Source: Acanthaster planci
Taxonomy: Eukaryota
Reading direction: 5' to 3'
DNA length: 64,000 bases
Assembly (NCBI RefSeq): GCF_001949145.1
Contig: NW_019091358.1
Coordinates: 1,302,961-1,366,960 of the forward strand
This document shows positions 24,513-37,000 of this stretch, one piece after another; within the stretch, counting starts at the first letter, position 1, and each line of letters opens with the position of its first letter. Both the position numbers and the translations under genes were made by a program. Under the pieces are notes generated by a model that saw nothing but the letters and a program-made list of their open reading frames with translations, was not told the origin of the DNA and did not search any database.

Positions 24513-27511
24513 TTTCTCCCTAAGCCAGTCCTTTACTTATATCCCCTATGTTGCACATATGCATTCCATTAATACACGCCATATCAGCCCTCATAGGATG
24601 TAGTACTACCACCAGCCCTTGCAAACCTCAATACACCTGTGAATAGCTATAGAAAGAGTCGAATTGATTCCTATGTAACACCCGACTGAATGAATACACA
24701 GGCGGACAATTGCACTGCCAGTCCACCACAACACAACCAGACAATTGAAAGTGCAACTGAGGAACAACCCCACCTAACCACATGACACCTCGTATAGTCC
24801 GACACTGTACATGTACATGGACGTGCACTGTTGTTAGGGGAAAAAATGCAGCATTTTATTGCATTAAACCAAACAATGCATTCACATGGATTTAAACATC
24901 AATAGAATACGTGGAAAAGGGATTCGCGGTGGTGTTGACTTTACATGTATCCATGGCAACAGGTCACAAGGTCAAATCCATAAATTTATTAATGTGCACA
25001 AGATAAGGGAGGGGTGACTTACATGTGTGTTAATAGTACTGTGTGTCATTTAAAATCTACATGTACATGTATGTCTATTTGTCTTGTCTCATTTGTGTGT
25101 GTATTTGGTCTTTCTCACATGGATGGGAAGGACATTTTCCAGTGTACACATCGTTTGGAATTACAGTGTGTACTGTTTTGGTTCTCTACACCATTCTAAA
25201 TGTGTCACTGAAAAGAGTGAACTGAAGAAAACCCAGCACAAAAACTCATTTTCTCTGAGTTTAGGAAAATAGTTACATTTACTGCTGCGAAAGAGAAAAA
25301 TATGTTCCTTTTGGAAAGGTGTCCTTGGAAAGGTTTCCCTTTTGAAAAATGTGTTCCTGTAAATTTATGATATTTGGACCCAACAGCTGTTTTTTTCACA
25401 GCAACAGAGAGAGATCTGGAGATAAGGAACTTCATCTTTTTACATAAAATCACAGTCAATTATTCTTGCCGAGTACTTGCAGTGTCCAATTTCAAGTTTA
25501 GTTTTACAATTTCAATCAGCTGATCGGTCGCTTTCAGCCGAGACTGACAGGTGTGCTTCAGAAAAGTAACACTAATAAAGATGACTGAACACTTAATTTT
25601 AAAACAGAGAGATGCACAGTCCCTAAAATTATGTACAAACATCTAAGCAGGCTTAACCAGTATCAACGACATGTACATCCAGCCTCATCTACATTGTATT
25701 CCATTTAATTGCACAACAAAATCATGAGTTACATGTAAATGGCTGCTACTTTGGACTATAATTTTCAGACCATAGGCCATGAATTCTGCTGTAAGTACAA
25801 AATGATATGAGTACAAAAGTTTATCACAAGGTTAAAAAACGTTCAAGTTCAACAAGCAAAAAACAAACAAATATGAAATTATGTTGACATCTGAAAAAAA
25901 ATTAATTTCAAAACTGTTTATCTTGGCGGTGGATGATATCTAGGACATAATCTTTTACTTGTTTCGGTACTTGTTTTTGTATAATTGTAATAATCAGCGT
26001 TTACTTTCTTGAAGTCTAAATTACAATTTTTTATTATTTTTCCCATATTGAAATCCATAAAGCTTCTTTTTCGAACATGTAAATTACGTCCATGTCCATG
26101 CTTGTAACCTGACCTCTTCTGGTTATGCACCTGTTTAACAATCAGGATTTACTGATTGGAATTTTCTGCATATTACATGTAGCTCTGTGAAATGGTATAT
26201 GCACAGGTACCTAAGGAAAACTTTAAACAGCAGTGTGTGGTTTGCATTGAAAATGTCTTGCACATGTACATGTAAATTGCACATCAAAGAGCGCATTCTA
26301 TACCAGCTTGTTTCTGCTTCGGGGGCGAGATTTATCAGGAATTTTCCCAAAACCTTTTAAAGTCTGGATAATGCCGAATTTACCGTAAAAATGGTTTTAC
26401 ATTCATGTACATGTGAAAATGTCGACATAGAACACACACAAATCTTTTTGTGCTGCTATAGGGGCTCTCAAAACATGCGTGCATCATTGTGTGGATATTT
26501 TCCTTTCCCCCAGTCTCACCCCTGCTGCTTTTATAAAAATGAGTACTGCTCCAAGTACATGTATTCACTGCATTAATTAAAGGATTTTTGATTCACTAAG
26601 TAATGAAGTACAGATTACAGAATGCTACGGACATAAATGGTCAAAATTCTAAAGTCAAATTCAAAAGACTTTGTTCACTCTTACAATAAAAAAGCCAATC
26701 AAGGGCCGTATAAAGTTTGAACTTTGACCTTATAAATCATTTTTTTTGTTCACCGTGCAGTCTAGGCATGTTAGGAGGCGTTATTAAATGACTGTACTGT
26801 ATTTCACGTAGCACTGTCTGACAAATGTAAATATTTAATTTTTAGTTTATGCTTGCCCATGCCTTGTCGTGTCTTCAGTTTTTGTAATTTCCCTCCCAAA
26901 TGTGGTTTGCTACATGTACCAGTCAGTAAAACCTTCCCTTAACTGAGTTATGCCCTACGAAAATGTCATCAGTATGAATAGAGTGATACTTGACACAGAT
27001 TCAACACCTACTTTTCACAGTCTTGTACATGTACGTGTAAGCCTTGTCCTGTGCTACAGGCTACGTTCTTTCCTCCACTGTACCAAATCTCAACACTATC
27101 ACAGAAAAAAAAAGGATGAATTGGTGTGCGTTAAGTGGTTGTCCCTGTTTTTTTCATCACTTTCACGACCGTACAAAAAGATGGCCTTTTTCCCTGACCC
27201 CTCCCAAAAGTGTATATCATCACCGTTCACAGCAAGGTGAAAAGCAATCACATTTTCTATGCTTGTGAAAATGACCACAAATGGACAGCCCCCGAAAGAC
27301 TGGAGTCAAATGGTGTTTCTGACTCTGCAGAGAAAAAATCGCACCCATTTCCATGGAGGGAAATATTTGCATGGCCAGGAACATCAAAGTCCCTCTCTGT
27401 AAACACTGTAGTGAAAATAAGACTTCACTGTAGTGAAATCGTTACATGCAACTACATGTACCATGACATGTACTGTATTGTATCATGTAAAATATGTTTT
27501 TTTCATGGAGG

Positions 27512-27902
27512 TTAACCCTAACCCTCCTCAGTCCTCCAAAATCCTTCAGGTGGTTTTGGAGGATTTGGGATGAATGACAAAAGAGCATGGCTTACTGCGA
27601 AGGAGGCCATGTGTGAAGGTCGTGGGCAACACCTGCGTTGGTTTTTGCTTAAATTCGGCCCGATGTTTCCTTGAATCAACCACACTGTTCAAGAATTCCA
27701 TTCGCACTGCCTCAACATACCGGTAATGACTGAAATTGCCAGAGGGTTTTGAAGGATTGAGGCTGTAGGCATACCTCCAAGTAAACATTTCCAGGAAATT
27801 TCGGAGAAATGACGGAGAATCCATTTTTTTCAACCCCTAAATTGGAGGATTTTGGAGGATTGAGGAGGGTCCCTAGCAAAAAGTGCCTAGGGGGTTAGGG
27901 TT
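27512..27902. mobile_element. MITE with TTAACCCTAAC (telomere-like) termini
   Basis: ttaaccctaaccctcctcagtcctccaaaatcct versus aggattttggaggattgaggagggt...ggttagggtt. Confidence 0.65.
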
Positions 27903-28383
27903 GAGGATGGGAATCATTGTATAATTTAGTAACCCAAACTTTACATATCACTGAAATCATGACCAGCCAACACTTCAGATGCGCATGAGAGTTGCTGTAA
28001 GCTACCGGTAAATTCTTAGCTAGAGGTGTGTTGAAAGCAAGCACAACAAAGTGTATACATATGTAGATTGTAATGATGGATAACAACAAAAACATTTCCT
28101 TGTTTTCTAGTACTATTGAAAAATGTACAGATTAAACTACATCTAGCATGAAACGGGATCATGTCATGCTTCTGGTGTTCTGTAATGAAATAATTTGGCA
28201 TGACGGACATAGTGTCTACGCAAGGTCAAACTGAAGGGCCAAATGGCATTGACATCAAACACTGTAAAGTTGGATTCTGTTCAAACTTTTCGGACAGCCT
28301 GTCAACAGATGTAGAGACTGTGTGTCATTTGAATGCTTGAGCTGAGTCAACGTCACATCCCTTGCAAGGGGAAGGGGGGATGC

Positions 28384-29274
28384 TTAAATTCCCTTTATTT
28401 CCTTTGGCTTGTTCCATACAATGCCGTCACTTGTTTGCTTCAGCGGAATCGGCAGCACGAAAGCCAGCCACCAGTACCTGCCGAAAACCTCTTCCAAGTT
28501 CCTCTGTGATCCGCGATTGTAGGTGGTGATTCGGTTGGCGTACTCGTGGGAGGTCTGGCCACTGAGCGCTCGCCGGAAATGGAAGTAGAACAGCCCACAG
28601 CAGCCAATCCCTAACATGAGGCAAATGTAGGCTAAGGTGAGGGTTCCGTATAGATACGTGGGTATGTAGCCCAAGATCCACATTGCAGTGCCAATCGGGT
28701 ACAGGTAGTTGTAGGCTCCGGCCGAGAGGAACGGGGCCAGGTTGGTGTTCAGGTACGCAAGGAAAGAGAGGGCGGCGTGTAGGGCCGCGATAGTGGCGTA
28801 CAGCAGGAAGACCAGGAAGTACCTCTGGTTGAAGTGGCCCACGCAGACGCCCAGGAAGTAGCAATGCCGGTCCCGCTTGAGGATGCAACGCTTGCAGATG
28901 GGGCAGTGGTGGGCTCTAGGTGGGATGTACTGCTGGCATGGAACGCAGTGGTCCCACCCCTTGGCAGTGAGCTCGTCTCCCTCACCCGTCCTAGTCCCTG
29001 CAGCCGTGTAGACCGAGTTCTTCCTTAGACAGATGAAGTAGTTGAGGTACATGTTGAATGCAGCCAGGCTGAAGAGCCACCAGTGAAACCTCAGCCAAAA
29101 GTCATCGTCCGCCAGCAGGACAGGGAGGACGCAGAACAGGTTAACGTACAGGGCAGTACAGGAGACAACCCAGAAATACACCACGCCGGCGATGTTAGCA
29201 AAGCGAAGCAGTTTCATCATATTTGGCTCAGTGAAATACGACATAATCTGTTTAGCTTTCTCTCCAACATCCAT
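28384..29274 (-). CDS. ZDHHC24: DHHC-family protein, ZDHHC24-like, 296 aa, with non-canonical DRHC motif, uninterrupted CDS
   Basis: First ATG (gcaagATGg) at 29274; the ORF track's 29313 start is TTG. CVPCQQYIPPRAHHCPICKRCILKRDRHCYFLGVCVGHFNQRYF, GQTSHE, YNRG...NLEEVFG..W....LP......DGI.W tail typical of the ZDHHC24 group. The exact orthology call is from recalled similarity. Confidence 0.85.
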   Translation of the reverse strand: MDVGEKAKQIMSYFTEPNMMKLLRFANIAGVVYFWVVSCTALYVNLFCVLPVLLADDDFWLRFHWWLFSLAAFNMYLNYFICLRKNSVYTAAGTRTGEGDELTAKGWDHCVPCQQYIPPRAHHCPICKRCILKRDRHCYFLGVCVGHFNQRYFLVFLLYATIAALHAALSFLAYLNTNLAPFLSAGAYNYLYPIGTAMWILGYIPTYLYGTLTLAYICLMLGIGCCGLFYFHFRRALSGQTSHEYANRITTYNRGSQRNLEEVFGRYWWLAFVLPIPLKQTSDGIVWNKPKEIKGI

Positions 29275-29488
29275 CTTGCAAGATTCTAAGAAAGGAATAT
29301 TCAAGTGCCACAATCATTACAATTTCATTATCCCATTTGGTTGGAAATTTGTTGCGGGAAGTTAGAAATTTCCAACAACTTTGCCTTAGCAGTCCTGAAT
29401 TCTAAGGGGTTGGAGGATTCAATACTCAAGGTTAACTTTGAAGATAATTAAAAATGCTGTGTTATGATAAGAGTGGTTTGGGATTTCT

Positions 29489-29746
29489 GGGTCATTCTAT
29501 ATATTTGGGGTCTGATATTTTTCTGTCACTGTTACCTCTGACTGTCTGACATGAATACCATCTGACATGTTTGACAAGGGATGTATCACTGATATTGATT
29601 TCAAACTATTTTCATTTGTTTGGCAGGTAATTTGCAGAACTTATTCAGTCTTTGAAATTAATGAATTGGTTCTTAACATTAAAAAATCGCATGCCGGACG
29701 TAACAGGGACGGGAAAATATTGGACCCCAAATTTATAGAATGACCC
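29489..29746. mobile_element. MITE; a related end lies at about 49591-49650
   Basis: gggtcattctatatatttggggtc / gaccccaaatttatagaatgaccc; the same terminus agggtcattctataaatttggg occurs at 49591. Confidence 0.7.
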
Positions 29747-30096
29747 TTCTGGGAAAGGAATACATGTATCTGGCCCTATACTGGAATGATTTCAAAGTAA
29801 TTAGCAAATGGGTCTTACAGAAATTCGTCTACAAAATCCACGTTTAATGTGACAATCATGTAATTCAAAATTATGGCCTAGGGCCAACCTGGTACACATA
29901 AAACTACTTTGTTAGTCCTACGTCTATGAGTGAGGTTTATTGCTCCACTTCTGACCTGGTGACTTACCACATAAATGTACATGTAACTCCAAGGATAGGG
30001 TAAAAGAAAGCTAATTGCTCATCCCAACACACCCTCTTCGCTACCCCCAGAACTGTGAGGTTCATTGTCCACGTGCTCCCACGGACATCACAGCAT

Positions 30097-30282
30097 AGTA
30101 GTCCGAGTAACTCGGACTCTATGAGTCGCCTTTGTTAACATTTGGACATGGCCGAGCGATCTACGAATTGCCTTTTTAAACATTTGGACATGGTTTATGT
30201 GGTTGGGTGATAGTTGATAGTTGCCCCACCATGTCCAAATGTTAAACTAGCGATTCGTAGAGTCCAAGTTACTTGGACTACT
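30097..30282. mobile_element. MITE with long TIRs
   Basis: agtagtccgagtaactcggactct..ttaacatttggacatgg versus ccatgtccaaatgttaa..agagtccaagttacttggactact. Confidence 0.75.
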
Positions 30283-30679
30283 GCTGTACTGAGTGCGACA
30301 GATGACAAAACTTCCAGTTTTCGGGGCACCTTTTGGCTAGGATGCATCATCAGTCCTTCATAACATCATATTTTCTGGTAAGTACTGTGAGCTGTCATCA
30401 TCCCCAGAATGACTCCTCAGAATCAATGAAAGATTTCTCAAGTCTGAAACTTTTGGACTGAAAAAAAATGTGTGCTAGAAGTTTACCATTTATCATGTTT
30501 CAAAACAAGCTGCAGGCCTAGCTTAGGCCTAACCCCATCAAAACATCACCATGACGGGGATGGTATATTTGGGGAAACCCTACTTTTTTGTCATTTAACC
30601 CTTGTAAAACTGGTCAGGTCCCTAAATCAAATTGTAAATTGTGAGAAATGTGACTTTCTTACTGATAAATCACCCATTA

Positions 30680-30975
30680 AAATTTGACCCCACCATGTGT
30701 CATATCATGTCTCACAGTTTCCCCTGATAATTTCCCTCAAAACACAATTGAGCATTACTGTATGTCACATGGCCCAATACATGTATGACATAAATAGTGA
30801 TCAATACATTTATGTACATGTAATGCTAAAAACATGCAAGTGCATGAAGTGTAGGGTTAATGATGTGAAGAGGGCAGGGTTTTGAGTTTTAAGGGAAATT
30901 ATGAGGGGAACCAGGAAACTATCAATAATACTATGACACACACATTAACACATGACACATGGTGGACTCGAATTT
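30680..30975. mobile_element. MITE
   Basis: ccaccatgtgtcat..ttcccct..ataatttccct versus agggaaattatgagggga..atgacacatggtgg. Confidence 0.6.
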
Positions 30976-31219
30976 GTATGGTAACATCGTCATCTATCTA
31001 TACCACGGTGAATCCAAACGAAAATTGTATGTCTACCTAGCACCACCACGGTCCGAGCAACTGGAAGTCCAAGTGGGACTAGGCCTAAATCGCTTTATGT
31101 TAAGGCGATTTGTATAGGCCCTGCTTAGGCTAGGTCTCCCATTATAGGAACGGGGTCCCCAAATATACAATCCCCACCATGACCAATCAACTACCAACAA
31201 GGTTCATGATCATACTTAC

Positions 31220-31330
31220 ATCAGGTAATTTTGCTCGAATATAATTTTTGACAGGTCGTCAGAAAAATGCTCCGTTTCGTTCTGCTTCGACAAATGGCGC
31301 CCCCAGCCGGCCGAAAAGAGTACATTATGG
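31220..31330 (-). promoter_or_regulatory. Putative promoter and non-coding first exon of the ZDHHC locus
   Basis: CpG-rich patch, YY1-like gcgccattt on the minus strand (about 31292-31300), perfect minus-strand donor gtaagtatg at 31219-31211. Confidence 0.5.
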
Positions 31331-31860
31331 TTCTCATTCCAGATCCACAGCAGCCGATCCCTTTCTCTTTGGGGTGCAGACCACTAATTCAAGTGAGAGT
31401 TTCTGGCCAGTCATTAGCATTAAAAGTGCCCCCGCAGCATCTTTTGAAAAAGGAGATTGTTTGACCCCCAAAATGGTGAGATTGTGTAAATCCTTGCCAG
31501 GATCAACTCCCTGGGTCTTTGAGCTTTCATATGAGAGCAGAATGGCTTAAAACTACGGTTGAAAATGGTCCTAAGTGGCCCAGAAAGTTGGGGTTGCCAC
31601 TTGAAAAATGGCTGCAATCAGACTTCGGAAAAAACCACTTTTGGGGGGTGATTTTGTGGAAATAATTAAAAATGTAATTTGTTAACCCACAAAAAATTGA
31701 AAAGAAATTGAAAGATAAGTGACTAGACAAGAATTTCATTTGTGTATCGGAAATCTCAGGGATGTTGGCGATGGCCTGCATGTTATTGGGCCCTGAACAG
31801 TGCTGATTTTACGGTTTTCAATGGGGGCTTGAATTAGTGGACTGTACTCTTTGGCTACTA

Positions 31861-32530
31861 CGGAGCTCTGGAAGTGCCGTCCTACTTTAGATCCTGCATA
31901 TTTTATCTCAGGATGACGACATATTACATGTACGGGCAATATGGCGACATCATGAGATGTTTTATCGTGGGATGAAAACATCCTGGAATGGAAATGACAA
32001 CACCCCGAGATAACTTATCATTCGATGAAGACATCCTAAAAGTCCGATGACCACATCCTGAGTAACTTTATCATGAGATAACGACATCGTAAAAATCGTA
32101 TGATGACATTATTTGTCAATGGGTGCCATGACGTACAAACCACCTTGAAAACAGGTGGTCTAAGATGTGCGTGTTTTTCAATGCACTGTCCTCCTGTTGC
32201 CATACATGATATTAATTAGACTGATAAAACGTCATGATGTCTCACCGCCTCTTACAAGTATTGAAGTTGACGTCACACATGGTGGATGGCTCTGGATGAC
32301 AACATCCTGAGACAATAATTATCGTCATTATCTGAGGATGTCGTCATCCAACTTTTAGGATGTCATCATCCTATGATAAGTTATCAGAGGATGGCATCAT
32401 CCAACTTTTATGATATTGTCATCCCGTGATAAATTATCTCAGGATGTAAACATCTTGCCTTTATTATGTCGTCATCCCGAGAAAAACATTTCAGGATCTC
32501 AACAAGTTAGACGGCATTTCCAGAGCTCCG
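31861..32530. mobile_element. TA-flanked MITE (Tc1/mariner-type) with internal motif arrays
   Basis: TIR cggagctctggaagtgccgtc / gacggcatttccagagctccg (1 mismatch), TA on both sides, many gatgacRacatcctgagataa-like units in both orientations. Confidence 0.75.
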
Positions 32531-33962
32531 TAGTTTTCGAGTTACCTTGTGAGCTCTGTAATTATTAGATTTCTTTCCCAAATAAAAGTGATGGACCGAA
32601 GTTCGGACCCAAGAGCAAGTTTTGATGAACCAGTTTTGGGGGAACCAAAGATTTCGGAAATTTTTTCTTTATGTAACCTTTTACGGGACCAGTAAAGCTA
32701 CTTTGGGGCTTTATGATCTTAGCGCTAAACGCCTTTTGCGCGGGTCACGGTCCCCATTGACCGGACCCACCTCCGGGGCCCGATCAAATCGACGTATTCA
32801 TGGTTTCATGTGTCTTACATAATAACAATTTAGAAGATAAATCGCAGGTGGATCTGAGTATAGATTGTAAAGAAACTCGGAAAGAGTAGATTTCTGGACA
32901 CCACTTGATACTCTGTGAGACCGGACTGAAAAATGTTATCTTGTTTAAATTAAGTAAATGCGCCAATATTTTCTCGGTCGGCCAGATTTGACCTTTTAGG
33001 ATTTATTATCACTTTCTGATGGCTGATAAACCTCTGCAAGGGAAAGTTAGCTTTGCTCCCTCTGAATTCTTAGAACCCAATGGAATGCTTCGCCGGCCGG
33101 CATTCAACAAAGATAGTTTGGTCCTGTTACACTAGCTGGTACCCAAATTTGCGAAAAGTAGTCGTTTTTTCGATACCAATTAATCACAACCCCAGCAGGA
33201 ATTTAGGGGAGGGCGGCTGAGCTGTCCTCATTTAGTTGAAAAGAAAATGTATTCTACTGACTGACAAATGTCAAAATCGCCGTATAACACCCCGAGCTCT
33301 TCAAGGCTCTGTAGGCCTATAACAACCAACGAAATCAAATATTGAAGTTGAAGTTGGAGAAAATGTATAGGGATGTATTCCGCCCCGACTCTTTTGGGGT
33401 TTTACCTGCGTAGAGGCCCCGACGTCACTTGTGGACGCAATTTTGGTTAATTGCTCAATTGAAAACAAATTACGGCCAAAAATTAATGCACATGCAAGGC
33501 CCGACATAATCATGTACATATTTCTACGCATGTCCATTATCATTGTAACGAATCTGCGGGCCGCGGGTGAGCACTGAGCACAATCCATTTTTCACTGAAC
33601 GTTTGTTGTAACCTTGCCAACACGTACCACACATCAAGCTTTCAATGCACTTTGGACGAAGTTCGATCGGAACCCAGGGTAGCAGTTCATTTTTTTTTTA
33701 TCAACGGCACAAGTTTCAGCGCAACTGAGCTGCCACATTATTTTTATTCAGGGCCGGCCAGCACCGGTCGTGCGCGCCGGCGCGGCGTTCCGACAGAGAG
33801 GGCGCCCTTCTGTTGCCTTTTGCCGACCTTGCCTGAACATGTCTGGAAGCTCTCCCAGACCTGCCAGTGTGTGAGGAATTGCTCCCCAAAACACTCAATT
33901 TGCGTCCCACATCAACACGGTATTTTAGAAAGTATCGTCACTGACGCATTCTTTGAGATACA

Positions 33963-34017
33963 ATGGACCTAGCTGATGTGCCAGAAGATAGGATCGAGCT
34001 TGAAAGAGGGACAACAG
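33963..34017 (+). CDS. SYNJ2BP: SYNJ2BP exon 1 ([18 protein letters not shown])
   Basis: acaATGg downstream of CpG-rich 33750-33830; donor CAG|gtttgt. Confidence 0.88.
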
Positions 34018-37000
34018 GTTTGTCTTCGTTCCTTGACTAATGCTAGTCATGTTCATTTTAGATTTGGAAAACCCCGGCTTTAAGTTTGAACTTCGAGGTC
34101 ATGAAAAAGTATTACTAGTAGGGACCTACATGTACTGTAGCTGGCTAACATACATGCGTGGACATTGGGGTCGTACAGTGTGCATATTCATTGGGATAAC
34201 TGGACGGAATTTCCCTACCCCTAAAAAGGCAGATCGAGGTTCCCCACAATGCCATGGGTACATTTCTCGGATTAATAAGAGAATGATTTTTCTGCAGGCT
34301 ATGTGAATTGTGATGTACAGTAACTTACATGTACATGTCATGTTGTGCAGTCTGAGGGAAAGACGCATGGAAGAAGTGGAATTGGAAGAATACATGGGGA
34401 ATGGGAAGAGTTCCATATACTATAGGCAGGATCCGGACAACTTGACCATTTGCTGACTCGACTTCGGACAACTCGACCTTTGAGACAACTCGACTGTTGA
34501 GGCAACTCAACCGTCTGTGCGTAAAAGGGAGAGACAGGTCGTTCATTGAGACAAGTTGTCCATTGAGACAAGCCATCTGTTGGGACACTCTCCGCTCAGC
34601 CCAGTTTGCTGCTTAGGCCACTGTGTGAAATACTAAGCCAATAATAATGGGATGGAATTTCACGTAGTAGATAGACAAGCCTAATTTCTGAAGTATTATA
34701 AAAATGGTTGCCGTAGTAAGTCAATCTTTGCTCATTCAATCGATCTTGCACCCGCGCTGACCCAGCCACATATACATGTACCTAGCTCTGGATCGTTTGA
34801 AATAAAAACCTACCTCCTTTGTGTTGTCTTTTAGTTCTACATTCTAGACAGGTTCTTGTCAAAAGGTGAAATGTAAGCTTCTCGTTGAACAAAACTTGTT
34901 CTCTGAAAATTTCTAGAAAAGAAATTTTGGCCAATTTCTGATTTGCACTTTGACATTTGTGAAGGGTTTGTCAAAAAACAAGGTAGCGGAAAAAAAATTG
35001 ACGAATAGTTACTGGGCGATATGTCACTCACTTCGAGTGATCCCAAATACTTCTTTCATACAAACCTTCACGTAAACTTTTGCATCCATTGTCTGTGTAA
35101 TTATAATGACTTTCAAAGTTGCGTTTCATTAAAACTGGCCGAAAAGTTAATTTTGGATTACGCACTAAGTGCATGTGCACAGTCGTTTCAAACTCCTCTT
35201 ACTATACGGACATTGCAGAAATGTACATAACATAATGGGTTCGTCCACTGCAGTACAAGGTAGTATCATTGATTGCTCACGCTGTAAGTCGAAATTTACG
35301 CAAGATTCACTTTTTTTTAATTCAGTGGAATTCTTATGATTTTTTTTCATTAGAAAGTAAACTTTTTACAATGGTTCTGGCTGAAAATGGATTTGCCACT
35401 CGTGTGGTTACTTTCTGAAACTGATCCAGAACGAGGACAAGTGTCGCCACTTTCATTGATCCTGTACGTCCAAATTGGAAGTTTAAAATTTGAAATTAAT
35501 TTGGTAGTACATGTATCTCTAACACACAAGATGGATGGTGACCACATTTCACTGAATTTCAGGATTTTCGGCAGCTGCGATCTGACTGAATAATTTTCGT
35601 GATCTGGAACTGGGAAAACGACTATATTATGTGTAGAGATCTCACTGGTCGAGTTGTCTGAAGCCGAGTTGGCAAACGGTAGAGTTGTCTGAAGCCGAGT
35701 TGGCAAACGGTCGAGTTGTCTGAAGCCGACTTGGCAAACGGTCGAGTTGTCTGAAGCCGAGTTGGCAAACGGTCGAGTTGTCTGAAGCCGACTTGGCAAA
35801 CGGTCGAGTTGTCTGAAGCCGACTTGGCAAACGGTCGAGTTGTCTGAAGCCGACTTGGCAAACGGTCGAGTTGTCCAACATCCCTATAGGCCTAGGTACG
35901 GACGGCATGTCATGCCCCCGTGCACAAACCTAGTACTAGTAGGCTATGTGAGATTCAGAAAAAACCTCAGTCTTTTCTAAGTAAATGATTTGGAATTTTC
36001 CGCTCTAAATTTCACTTTTTGGGACGTTATCACTTTCTGATGGCTGTTGTACCATTTTAAGGGCAGATTAGTGTTGTCCGTGTATGGAAGTCTTTCCGAA
36101 TCCACTATCACAATGGGAGACTTTGAGACACTTTTTACCAGCTCTGAGCACACTTGTACTGTTCCTGATAGGCGTGGTTCTGAGCATCAATGCATAGTCC
36201 TACAGCTGTACTTAGTTCTGAGTACTTGCAGAACTCCAAGTTACTAGTGCTCTGTGTGACTTTGAGGCATATATGACTTTTTATGGGTTCGTAATGCTAT
36301 GGGTTTTTAAAGCAGCCCTTTTTTTTAATTATTAATTTTAAAAAAAATTAAATTTTTTAATGTACAGTACATGTATTTAATTTAGGTTTCATAACTTTCA
36401 ACTTACATGTATGCGCACTTTATGTTGTTCTCAGTACCAGCCCCTTGAAACGAGTATGCCAGAGAATCTCAAAAGGATTCTCTGTCATCAGTCAAATCCC
36501 AAGAGGTAACATCAGAATTCTGAGATTTTGGAGTAACTTCCAGTACTCCCTGTGCGTATTGGAAACAAAGGCTTTTCCTACTTTGAGCAGCCTTGGTGAA
36601 ATGGTTACTTCCCTCCTCGGGGGAGAAATTGGTCCTTTTCCAAATTATTGCCTCATGTGCAATTTTGGCTTGATTGGGTTCAGTGTCAACTCGAATTTTT
36701 TAAAGGGTCTGTGATCACGATCATGCAAATTTTTACCTGAAACCATGCTTCTTGCAATGTCTTACCTCTCCTCAATTAATGTACATGTACAGTGTACATG
36801 GAAGAAAACTGCGTTTCATATGTCACTGCAAACTTCACTTTTTTAAATACTAAACGTTTTCCATGGACATCAATCAGCGGGGGATGGGCATGTGGGATGT
36901 CATCCCACTGTATCTTTGTCCAGCCCCCAGCTACTTTTGTCGCACTTCTACCCGTATGTACATACATGCACCGGTAGATAAATCTTGCAAAAGCATTTCC

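Noticed and set aside
29275..29313. N-terminal extension of the ZDHHC24-like ORF
   Set aside because: It starts at TTG; the first ATG in good context is at 29274. Likewise 4010 (GTG) for the lectin.
35647..35876. CRISPR-like 31-bp repeats
   Set aside because: Head-to-tail units with no unique spacers, no cas genes, eukaryotic intron context; it is a minisatellite.
35350..35908. Repetitive minus-strand ORFs
   Set aside because: Translations of the 31-bp tandem repeat.
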